Shown here: positions 26,547 through 37,902 of the stretch, piece after piece | Layout: the number at the start of each line of letters is the position of its first letter | Position numbering within the stretch: position 1 is the first letter of the stretch | DNA from: Haliotis cracherodii | Lineage: Eukaryota | Length of the DNA: 64,000 bases | Assembly (NCBI RefSeq): GCF_022045235.1 | Contig: NW_027266264.1 | Coordinates: 49,972,001-50,036,000 of the forward strand | Reading direction: 5' to 3' | Position numbers and translations under genes: made by a program | Notes under the pieces: model-generated | What the model was told of the DNA's origin: nothing | What the model saw: only the letters and a program-made list of their open reading frames with translations | Database searches by the model: none

Positions 26547-26615
26547 CCGTGTGCGAAATACGCATCAGTCGGAAAGCGCACGTTAAATCTCCAAAGTAAG
26601 TAAGTAAGTAAGTAA
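26547..26615 (+). mobile_element. 69-bp retroposed 3' fragment with (AAGT)n tail
   Basis: 11-bp TSD CTCATTCAGTC at 26536-26546 and 26616-26626. Confidence 0.8.
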
Positions 26616-26625
26616 CTCATTCAGT

Positions 26626-26666
26626 CTTGCTTGACAACGGTATAAGGATATATACCGAAACGTCAC
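26626..26666 (+). ncRNA. Minimal hammerhead ribozyme-like motif (PLE type)
   Basis: TTGACAA-C-GGTATA-AGGATA-TATACC-GAAACGTC; palindromic ACGT stem III and GTC triplet intact; stem II covaries with the 11.2-kb copy. Confidence 0.62.
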
Positions 26667-27169
26667 TTTTCACAGTATTAAAGAAGTTGTTATCCATAAA
26701 ATTGTGTCTATCTTGATTATTTTGGTGCGGATTACAAGTACTCTCATGTGAAGGATGACTGGTCGAGCCCGCTTTAAACTGAAATAACATTATATAGACA
26801 GTTCTTCCACGTAGAGCCATCGAATCTGAGATAGAGACACAGACACAATTAATTCGAAACGATGTTATTATTCATAGATCTACAATGTGCAGAATATATT
26901 ACTGTAGTTACTATATGACTAGTACCATGATAGCATTTCCATTCCGGACATGGTATTAGTATCTTTACTTCATAATTTCATATAATATAAGTATCATGGT
27001 ATATGGATTTTTATTTAATACTTTCATATGATATAAGGAGGGACAATCTGTCATCGATTAAAATCACCCATGAATAAGAAATATACAACCGATCATGGAA
27101 GCGATAGCATTACAGTTGGGAAACACCAATCTCACAAACTACATGCAAGTGCTTACTATCTGATATATG

Positions 27170-27661
27170 TGCAAATGAGATCACCAAGCAAGAACTGCTT
27201 TTTATAAACCCATATGGACATAAACCTGTATTATCTAACGTTACGAATACGTTGAAACAGATGAACATGTTGTTCAATGTGTGGATGTTTCTGCAAATGA
27301 GATCACCAAGCAAGAACTGCTTTTTATAAACCCATATGGACATAAACCTGTATTATCTAACGTTACGAATACGTTGAAACAGATGAACATGTTGTTCAAT
27401 GTGTGGATGTTTCTGCAAATGAGATCACCAAGCAAGAACTGCTTTTTATAAACCCATATGGACATAAACCTGTATTATCTAACGTTACGAATACGTTGAA
27501 ACAGATGAACATGTTGTTCAATGTGTGGATGTTTCTGCAAATGAGATCACCAAGCAAGAACTGCTTTTTATAAACCCATATGGACATAAACTTGTATTAT
27601 CTAACGTTACGAACACGTTGAAACAGATGAACATGTTGTTCAATGTGCGGATGTTTCTGCA
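27170..27661. repeat. 122-bp tandem repeat, 4 near-identical copies
   Basis: Unit starts TGCAAATGAGATCACCAAGCAAG; ORF-track starts are 122 bp apart (27343, 27465, 27587). Confidence 0.97.
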
Positions 27662-28579
27662 CACAAACATTGCTTAAAAACATAACGCCGTCTCGAGAAC
27701 ACCTGGCATATTTATAGTGACTCATAAACACGTGTATGATATAAACCTAAATCGTACAATGGACTCTGCTTCAAACTAATTTCTTATAATTATTGAAACG
27801 TTTATCGGTTTTATTCCAAAGTTATAAAAAAAAATATATTATGAATGAAATAACGTCTTACCTGTATTTTAAGAATGGCATAATATGGCACCTGTGTTTC
27901 CGCATCATAAATATCAGGAATGAAAAATACGTACACGAGCCAATCTCACCAGTTCAAGGTATCAGAGAAAGGATTCTAGCTTAACTGAAGAACTGAAAAA
28001 CATCAATAATTGTCTGTTTTTGTCAGATGAGTGTTCACAGCTTTACGCGTTTGTCCTCAAAGTACAAATGTATCTGGCGTGAATGTGTTGGCGTAATAGC
28101 ACATAACGAGATAAATCCTCCTCCACTTTTGTTAAGGAGACATGGTTTTACACGAACTGCAAAAACATTATTAAGTTTTGACTTTTCAGTTGGAAAAGCG
28201 TCATACACAGTTCGAAGGATGTCCAGACATCTACTGTTGCGTCAGCTGCATGTCACACTATGTTTATTACTTCAACATTCGCTTCGTCTTCGGTGTATCA
28301 TAAGATATTTCATTTTACTCTGAATCAAAACACAAGATAAGTAAACTTTTTTTAATGAAAGAGTACCGAATACTTTAATACTGTAATACTTTAAGTAGGT
28401 GTTTCAAAGATGCAAACATGAACATCGTATTATACACGAACCGGGGGGTATATGACTCATACACGAACGAGATGGGTTTCAGGGATGCGTAATTACATAA
28501 AACATATCGACGAACGCGCCGGGTTTCAAGTGTGCATACATGCATACATATGACGTTTAGATGAACACTGCGAATTTCA

Positions 28580-28825
28580 GTGAGTGATTTGGGTTTAACG
28601 CCGCATTGAACAGTATTCCAGTTATTTTGTAGAGTGTCAGCTTGGTGTGGGAGGAAAGCCCAAAGTGATGCAGGTCCTAGACGTTTACGACTTTGATGAA
28701 ACCCATGAGCACGGGTATGGTGCTGACAAACATATAAACATAATCAGGGCGAACCGGGAATCGAAAACACAATCATACCTTTCTGGTATGGCGTGCCCAC
28801 GGGACCCAACTCTGCGAACGGCAAG
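28580..28825 (-). mobile_element. SINE family D
   Basis: Reverse-complement match to 432-612 (TGTGGGAGGAAAGCCCAAAGTGATGCAGG; AACCGGGAATCGAA) plus the shared TTAACGCCGC tail. Confidence 0.75.
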
Positions 28826-28872
28826 TTCCAAGGATGCATATACTAATGCCTAAGTAAAACAAACGGGTTGAG

Positions 28873-29165
28873 GCCGCCTCCGTGGTCTAGTGGTAGAGGG
28901 TGGCGATCGGCATTTAAGGGGATAAAAACAAGGACTGGTAATTATAAGCTTGGAGTCAGTATATGTGTCTGCGTGGTGTATTCATGTTAAACTGAGGCAT
29001 GGTATCTTAGTGGGCTGGCATATACAATCGTCATTAGTCAGGAATAGTACAAGCAGGCACACACACACACACTAACACACACACGTGCATGCACGTCGCT
29101 AGATAATTTATGAGTGCAAAAATCTTGAACATGACGTTAACTCCCCATTGCACCTCACATCACCT
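28873..29165 (+). mobile_element. SINE family C, internally deleted
   Basis: GCCGCCTCCGTGGTCTAGTGGTAGAG head, GGCATGGTATC, (CA)n, CACCTCAC tail. Confidence 0.8.
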
Positions 29166-29613
29166 CAGACATAGCTCACGCTCTCAATAAATCTCACGAT
29201 TTCTTCATCTGCTTATTTGTCGATATCAGAGTACATAACCGCCTCTATATTGAATGCATTATGCGTTTTCTCTTGTGGCAAATATTTCTTAAAGGTTCAT
29301 TATCGGTATTGCACACTCGTATCAAATTGCAATCAATCGCTCATTGAAGATACAAATCACGATTACGTCTCTTCTTAGGGTCCTCCGAACTCGAGTAGAA
29401 AATTACATTACGATTATGTAATGTTAGCCAGCATATTTAAAGACTTCATGTGTGGCTTGGAGCTTTTAGTCATATGCAGAAGAAAGAATTGCATTAGTTC
29501 ACATAATTACATAACTTAACGTTGATAATGTGATGTTCGATGCAGGATTCATTGTGTTTACTTTGTGTGTTTTTTCAGAATCGCTTGAGCTTTGTCTTAG
29601 TCTTTGAAAGAAG

Positions 29614-29867
29614 ATCATACCTTTGCACTGACAATCATAAGTGACACTATGCATATGAAAGGTGAACTTTCTGCATCAATTCCTTATTGTTGAGGACAAG
29701 ATGCGATTCACGTTTCTATCTACTTTCACATGCAAGTTTCATCATACCTTTGCACTGACAATCATAAGTGACGCTATGCATATGAAAGGTGAACTTTCTG
29801 TATCAATTCCTTATTGTTGAGGACAAGATGCGATTCACGTTTCTATCTACTTTCACATGCAAGTTTC
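29614..29867. repeat. 127-bp tandem duplication
   Basis: ATCATACCTTTGCACTG... at 29614 and 29741; about 2 mismatches. Confidence 0.95.
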
Positions 29868-30029
29868 GTACTCAAAACATTGAGAAACATGCAAGGTAAC
29901 CAACATTGTTTGACGTAGACTCAGAAATATCACCGATGTAAACAAGCTACAAATATGTGTATTTCACATAACATCGTGAGCGTATTATAGTCGTATATGT
30001 GGTAACATGACAGCGTGAGATAAAAAAAA

Positions 30030-31860
30030 TGCTGATAGATCTGTAGAATTAATAGTGCCCATGGCGTTGGACTTTAATTGGTCTTGGATCCAGTTTCCAT
30101 GAGGAGCTAAGCAGCAGTGTTCTTAGCGTAATCTGTAGCATGCAAACGTTCCTCAATGTGATTTAATACTGTGAGTTGATGGAACTAAAGCCTCAACAAA
30201 TCCACCTGCTTATAATCACATGCTGTGTCATGCCCAAGTTAACGACATGTTATTCCCCACAGTTTTCTCGTATCTCCACTTGTTCCATCATTTGTTACAC
30301 TCTGATGTTGTGGGGGCATTGTTTACCCATGTATTGTATGAGACTAGATCTGTCAACAGAAGAATATCGAAATGTTTTGTCGTTATGTTTCAGGAAAGGA
30401 ACAACACATTCCACTTAAGGCGGACATCTGTAGCATCCATACGTCATTCGGTGTGTTTTGCTCCTATCATCCGATAGAGCCATCCGAAGTTAGATTTAAT
30501 GAATTTGCTATATGCACGCAGCCGCAATATGCCATCCTGGTGTTTCGTATTGGTTGGTTAGTATGATGTTTTACGCCGCACTCAGTTTGTCTCGTATTGG
30601 TTCTTAGTCCTCTAGTTGTTGCGTTCTTATATTTCGGTGGCATGGGTTGACCAATGGCGTACTTGTTTCACTAACGTTCGAAAGAAGAGCCTCGTAGGGC
30701 GCTTTATTCTAATCTTGGGACTTCAGAAAAAGCACGTTTGGCTGAATACAGGTCAGTGAAATAAATGGACAAATATTTCATATCATTTCTATAGCTTTCC
30801 TCATATTCAGATTGTCAGAAAATACATTTCGGTGACAGTAATACACTTCCTGGAGCAGTGTCAGAGCAGTGAGAAAGATGTGACGTCGTAGACGGGTGTA
30901 ACAAGATCAGAACAAATGTGGCGCTGCATTATAGGCAGCATCAATATTTTCGACCTGCCCCATGTCAGTCCAAGCAGAAACAGCTATTAAGTAGTTCATG
31001 TATTCCTTCATTCTTTAGTATTGTGGGATCATGTCCTGACATACATGGTTTCGTTTCTTTGAGACTGTATAATTTAGTAGAAAAGTATCGATGTCCAAAA
31101 TATGAAGTAAAGTTGACAGAACATTTCTTCAGCTCCATGTACAACGCGTACACAGTTGCTTTTGAGAGAATTGCACTCTTGTACGCATTTAGCTATTAAA
31201 TTAGTTTGATATCATATATCGCAGAAAAGTGGATCATGAGCTTCAATGAGTGTGTGTTGCCTTCAGGTGTTTCCGTACCAGAAGTGACATGATCGTCTGC
31301 AATATAAGTTTCTTTTGGTGTTTTGTACCCTGGAAAATCAGATGAGATTCGATTAACTATTACTTCTTGCAGTCCAACCCACGAGTTTATATTCACCAAG
31401 GTGAGGCTGCTAGATCGACTCTACAAGAATTAATCTGTAATGGAAAATAGCCGATTTCAGGTGTTTGTTCTGTTAATCAAGTATTGGTTGTGACGTGGAA
31501 CATGCAGCTATGGTTTTCATGATCTTTGAACGGATAGACAGGACACCTACGGAGAATATCAGTGATACATGAATCAATGTTGGGGACATTAATATCGTCT
31601 TGAACAGAAAAAAAACCATCACAAGTCTCATACAAGATATTGATGGCACATAAATATGACGATTATGAAAGACAGCAGTCATGTCAATGTCCCTATTCCA
31701 CCACGTTATCAAAACGTCATTAGTCAAATGCATCAACCTTTTTCAAGATCTGTTCATCACACCATTCTTTTGATCCCTTTCAAAATACCGAGGACGAGAT
31801 CATGCCACATGCCTAAAAAGGTATTTTCGTCACCATTTTCAGCTCATTCTTAGATTGTGC
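30030..31860 (+). pseudogene. Decayed multi-Ig-domain gene, copy G2
   Basis: RSVELIVPMALDFNW...NVPQCDLIL; SDEIRLTITSC...FIFTKVRLLD...LICN...NQVLVVT; QPFSRSVHHTILL; 15-nt and 6-nt in-frame indels relative to G1. Confidence 0.55.
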
Positions 31861-32149
31861 GTCAGCCATTGTCAATACTTTTTTAGTAACATAGCGTAAA
31901 CGGGTGACAAAATGCACATATTTACCAATACAGTTGTAACACAGATACGTCACAAGCTGGTTTCACTGAGTGTATGTATTTCAGCGTTAGATCTAACTTT
32001 TTGCCTCCTGCCTATTGCCATACAAAAACATGAACTTTTAACATCGACCGATTTCAATTTGATATACATGGAAAATGTCACATTAGTCCATGGCGCGTTC
32101 CGTGGTTATCAAGGAAACCGATAACGTTTTATTAAGACCCGCACGGTGT

Positions 32150-32400
32150 TGTAAGTTGTAAATGGAGAATCCAATCAAGCCTATGGCGTTCGTTTTTATG
32201 GCACGAGGAATGTATATAGCTACCACGTATCTACCAGAGTTGATTGATATTAGACTTACATTACGAGCGTCTAATGGTATTACCAAAGCGACCGTCGTTG
32301 ATAGAAAACCACGAAAACAGGACCCTTAAGGAAATACATGGTACAGTGAGAATTGGGTTACAAAAAAAGACGAAAAAAACACATTTTTTTCGTATCGTCA
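32150..32400 (+). pseudogene. Ig V-set-like N-terminal fragment
   Basis: TYITSV*WYYQS (WYYQ at 32275-32286); homologous to 34560-34700 and 44690-44800. Confidence 0.45.
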
Positions 32401-32601
32401 TCATGAGAATTCTAACATTCATACACATTTGTGTGAACACTAGTTGTTCGCGAAAAGGTAACCGTATCCTGTCGGTGGCATCCATCTCTTACCATCATTC
32501 AACTTGGCTGGTTTACCGTAATGCGAATCGATAGATGTTCGCCTTATTTCATAGAAAGTATACCTCGCAGAATCGTAAACCTGGTTATGCCTTTGAAAAT
32601 T

Positions 32602-32830
32602 GTGTTTGTTGTTTAACGTCGCACTCAGCAATATTCCAGCTTTATGACGGCGGTCTGTAAATAATCGGGTCTGAACAGGAAAATCCATGACAATCATGAG
32701 CATTGGTCTACGCAGTTGGGCTACGATGACATGCATCAATCTAGTCAGCGAGCCTGACCACCCAATCCCGCCCCTTACAATAAGTATGGGTTGCTAAAAC
32801 CTATGCTGACCCGGAATGTTACGGGATCAT
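32602..32830 (-). mobile_element. SINE-like family B
   Basis: TTTAACGTCGCACTCAGCAATATTCCAGC...GTCAGCGAGCCTGACCACCC. Confidence 0.85.
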
Positions 32831-34539
32831 ATCTTTCAAATATATACTTGCTGCACCACATTGATGCCATCCATCAGTACCTTGCTCTTAATTTTTTAAG
32901 ATTATACTTTGGCACAAAAATTGTAAATGACACCAGGAATACGGATACTCACTGCTACGGGCGTCATTAGTAGCCTTAACGTTAATTTTCACTTAAACAT
33001 TTTGTAACGACATATGGGAGGTGTGATTAATATTTTAATGTTATTTTAATGTAACAGTTAAAGAGTGGAAACATGAACATGTATAATATTTAACGTAGTC
33101 GCACTAACGTAACCTACTCAAACACACTACAAATAAATATATCTCACCTCAAAGATAGAGCCTTCCAAGATAAGGTGTATAAAAGGGTATCTGTTCCCGT
33201 AGTGAAATAGTTTCTTCGTACTTTATTTCCATGGAACAGTTTTACAAGGAAGTTTTTTCAACGACACATTTACTCTGGCAATATTTGTTCCAGATGGAAC
33301 TAATTCCATGTGGAACTGATCATCGTTGACATCTGGACAGTGGTATATGACCTGAATATAATCCCTTGCTTATCATGTTCGTGGTAACGCCATGCAGCCC
33401 TGACAGAAACAGCTGTATTGTGTCTCTAGACAATCCCACATTCGTTCCCCTCCAGTATTATTTTAGACACAACTTGATTAATAGTTTCATGATACCGTAT
33501 TATTCATTTGAAAAGTGTAAACGTGTACAATAAATTGTTATATATAAATATGATATCAGAAAACAGCTATATATAAGTGAATATAGCAATTGTGGTGTTG
33601 TTGGATGTTTTTCCCTATTATCTGGATATCTATGATCATAGTAGCATAGATAGCCAGTATGTGCATCGAAAAGAGGACAGCGTGAAACGTGTCGGTACAG
33701 ATGCTATGTGTTTGTGCAGTAACGACTCAGCACAAATTAACATTGATAACATATACGTTCTTTACATGCAAACTTGAAACAGAGTTTTCATTTATAGTTC
33801 CATAATATATATATCTGAATGTGATTACAGTCTTACGCATGCACCAATGTTACATAGTTTGACCAGGCTGAAAACGTAAGGAACAACTGTTCATATTGAT
33901 TACCAGTAACACGGTATGTGTCTTTGCTGGTTCATAAAACAATGACAAGGAGCTATGATCATTCTCGCAAGCACCAATTTGCCTGCATAAGACTCGGTTA
34001 TGTGCAGGCCGCCGTCAGATGTCTTTCAGATGGGAACACTGATCAACGCGGAGTTACAGTAATACTAGTAATAAATAAGCATGTAGAATTCGTGTACATG
34101 ATTATAGAGAGCTGTTTTGTATTATTTGCCCTTCCTTGATCATAATGATTTTGTCAAAATAAAAAAAAACGATTTTGCAGGTAAACAACAATCAGCAGAT
34201 TCCACCGCTTTATCCGTGGTTGACTTTAAAAGCATATTTTAAGTTAATTTCATCAATTTTTACTCAAAATCCACATTGATATCCCCACCACCCAAACCCT
34301 CACACACATCCGCACACACATCCAAACTTCATGTGCATTTGATTCATCTCCTTTGATGAATATTGCCCAACAGCATAAGTACCTTCAATGGATATCAGTT
34401 TAAATTCCATATACAAGGAAAATGGCAAGATTACATCGCAACAAAATCAATGCAGAACGGAGTGGCTCCATTTGTGCATTTCGTGTGTATCGGGAGAACG
34501 ATTACTTTTGATTAAAGAACATGAGGTGTTACAACATTT

Positions 34540-37270
34540 ACAAGACGCCAAGTCAGCCAAAAGTGTTCGGTTTCATGGCACGAGGTATGCACGTACGACA
34601 ATCTAACCGTACATTACTCAAATGAATTGCTAATTCAAAACATATTTACATTACAATGGTATTACCAGAGCGTCCGGTCGTCGATAAAAAAGATATCAGG
34701 GATTGTTATTCACCATCTGGAGATAAGCATAAGAATTGCATTACCGAGAAAGAACTTAACAAAATCGATTATTGATTTTGCTCGGTCCCCTCATTGAATA
34801 CTCCCCAGTGAAAATTGGTCATTGGTCATTGAAGGTGAGATACTAGTATGAGTGGCACCAGATGAAAAAGATTGTATTTACGTGGGCAGAACAGCGCTAT
34901 TCTGGAAAATGCAAAAACACTTGAACTATCACGCGCGGAAGCCCTGTTTAAATAATCAAATATGTTAAAAAAAAAGTATTATTATGTGCTTGCCGAAATA
35001 ATCTGTGAATGATGCCATGAAAATATGGACTGATCCACAAGTGTGTTCTTATTCAGAGAGGTTATTGAACAACGCATGTCGTTTATTTAAGAAATAAATA
35101 TGGCGCAGACATCTTTAATACACGGAAGGTTTAGTAGCACCCTTGCTAAGGAGAAGCATATTTTATCGCTATTGTCATAATATTATTACTATATAGGTTG
35201 CATATTGCCCTTTACTACAGTCTCACAATATTCAACAAGGGATGGCTTTTGTATTTTAATTCAAATGTTTGATTTTATTGTACATAAGGTACTTGAATAA
35301 ATAATCTGTCTGTCTGATTCAGAGGAATCTTACACCCTCCTAACCCTCCCCAAAGCTACCTCACCGGCCCGACTATATACCTTCAATTTCAAAAAACAAA
35401 TCGGAAGATGTAAATGATTATACAATGAATTATATTTCTTTAAGATACGATTCTATTTTATTTCACTTTGACAACATTCATAAAAACGCATCTTGCACGA
35501 ACCTCTCTGGAAATGCATAAAACGCGAAAACAATCAGTATTACCAGAATTGATGTATTAGACACCTTGTCATCTGGTCTCAAATAAAAGCTGTTGGTTTT
35601 GTAGTTTGATTTTAATCTTGCCACAAACACAACATGCCTCAAAAAACTGGGGATGAGGGTAATAAGTTTTACTAAAGCCAAATGGAGCATGACACAAGCT
35701 GCCAGACACCTTGCTGCAACCACAATGTCTCGAATATCGTTCAGGACTCAAAACTGTGGTAAAACAGTTCGACGTATGTTGCGATCTCGACTATAGATGC
35801 GCCTTCGTTTTAGTCAACGTCGTCGCCGCACCGTCCAGATATGGGTACTCTAAATACGAAATTGGCAGAACAGGCACTGGCGAAGGGTAGTCTTTACAGA
35901 TAAATCGTGTCTGCATTGACTAGGCGACTGTTGTGTTAGAGTTTGAAGACATCAAGGTGAGAGGTTTAGACATTTCTTTGATGAAATACATAGGGAGGTC
36001 CCTCTGTGATTGTTTGAGGAGGATTGGTGTGGGGAGCGTGTTATATAACCCAAATCTCAACCAGACACTCCTAATATGACAACATAATTATCAATCACGA
36101 CTGCATAGTTCGTCGACAATAACGCGACAACGTGGTTGTCGTTCAACAAGTTTGCCTTCTTGATCCAGCAGAGTCGATAATATATTTACTATATATAACA
36201 ATTGTCTTATTGGTTGAGTTACAAATGTAGGCTCCCCATCAAGAATATTATAACCAAGCTACAAATAGGTGCATCTCAACATACTGTTCTGAATATATAT
36301 TAGTACATGTCAGCGCATCCAAAGCAGGATACGACACTTGCTCATTAGAGGTACTAGTGTATAGAATCAATAGTGTTCTATGGCATCATGCATCAAATGG
36401 CATGAGGTCCAGTATCTGTAAGATGGCTAGCAGCTTACTTGGGTCGAGCTCGAACGTAATTGTCATGACACTGTAGCACCAAACGTTCCATGTGACTTCA
36501 TACTTCAGGTGATATAACCATTCGAGGTAATTTATAGGACGCATGGCCTCAATATATTCTCGAGGTCCTTCTATTACGTAAAAGGACTTTGATGCATAGC
36601 CCCTATATAGCCTCGAGCTCCTGCTAAAATGTTCGGACTAATGACTTGTCAGCACGAACAGAAGCAGCTCTCTATTACAATGTATCTGTCCATTCGTTTA
36701 GTGTAATGTGAGGAAATGTACTGTATTGCATACACTTAGTATGCACAGTAATGAAATACATAAGCATACACCGTATGTCCTCCGTATAGCTTTCCTCGTT
36801 TTCAACCAGTCAATAACTAGATTAATTTGGTTGACATTAAAATACGTGTATGTACACACTACCACGAGTACCGTCAGAACTATCAAAATGATGTAATCTC
36901 GTAGCAAGGATGAGAACAAATTCCACACAAAGTGGCGCTAATGTGCATCATGGACGGTGTAAACAAGCCTCAAGGAGTTTATTCTGCCATCACGAACGGC
37001 CTCTTGAGTGTGTTTCCGTACCAGAAGTGACGTTAACGATTTATGTGTGGTCGACTCCATTATGTGTTTGGCTTGGTGTTTTGTACGCTGGAAAATCAGA
37101 TGAGATTCAATTAACTATAACTTCTTACCATCCGTCTCAACAGTTGGTATTAAACATGACCAGGCTTCACGATCCACTCACTATGGAATACTCTGTAACA
37201 GTTAGCTGATTTCAGGAGTAGTGTTTGTTTCGGTCAATCAAGTATTGGTCGTGACGAGGAACATACAAAT
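34540..37270 (+). pseudogene. Decayed multi-Ig-domain gene, copy G3
   Basis: FTLQWYYQ (34645-34668), LHYRERT; DG*QLTW...CDFILQVI*PFEV (~36420-36530); KVALMCIMDG; ORF 36910-37209 LECVS...EIQLTITS; YGILCN...NQVLVVT; interrupted by a Tc1 relic. Confidence 0.58.
35700..36050 (+). mobile_element. Highly decayed Tc1 fragment
   Basis: NWQNRHWRRVVFTDKS...VRV*RHQGERF...GGPSVIV*GG. Confidence 0.65.
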
Positions 37271-37902
37271 ATGATGTTTATATGGTTTACAGGACTGTGA
37301 CAGTCGAGCATGAACAAAATAACCAGCCATAACACTAGCACAGGTTATTATTACACGTGCTTCGTGAATATAGTAAGAGTAGTCTTGATGATGTCCTTTT
37401 TCTGCCACTTACTCTTTCGCAAATTAAAGGATATGAATTAAATATATGACCTCCATTGCAAACTCTGATAAAAACTTTCCCTTTCCTGGATATTTTTGTA
37501 CGAGTCTATGACAATTTATTTCTTCTCTCCTTCCCCTGGTTTGTCAGCCATCTGCAATGCTTAACGGAGGTTTGACGTAAGAAGAAGAGGAATGCGTTAT
37601 ATTAACCGCCAGTAGATACTCTACCAGTGGCAATTGCCATTGAAGCTGTCGGCTGAACCACAACGATGTATATCATTTCGAAATGATTTGGGTTTTACGC
37701 TGATTAAACATACATACTTCGATGTATGTAGGCAATCTTACAGGTAGCAAGTACAATTCTCTTGGGTTTCTCCCTGAAACACAGCAGCCTTTGTGCAAAG
37801 GTCTCCTTGAACCCAGGGTATGTGAAGCTCACTATTCGTCACTTAACATAAATGGTTCTATTCACCTACATTGAGACCATGTTGAAAAAATAAACTTATG
37901 CA

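Larger units (their letters stand above)
26385..26715 (+). mobile_element. Penelope-like 3'/pLTR remnant
   Basis: 26626-26713 is homologous to 11205-11290 (CTTGCTTGAYAACGGT...CCGAAACG...TAAAGAAGTTGTT..CCATAAA); the 5' boundary is approximate. Confidence 0.65.

Noticed and set aside
30060-30175. Ankyrin-like minus-strand peptide LLMETGSKTN*SPTP
   Set aside because: The stop is conserved across paralogs in that frame, there is no repeat periodicity, and the + frame fits the Ig pattern better.
36698-36928. Minus-strand TM-like frame conserved in G1-G4 (LRRHxxLIVLTxLVV), suggesting a membrane protein or GPCR family
   Set aside because: Better explained as the antisense shadow of Thr/Ser-rich + strand sequence (TTTSTVRTI). 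The minus frames contain stops shared between copies, while the + strand gives ordered Ig motifs. Not formally excluded.
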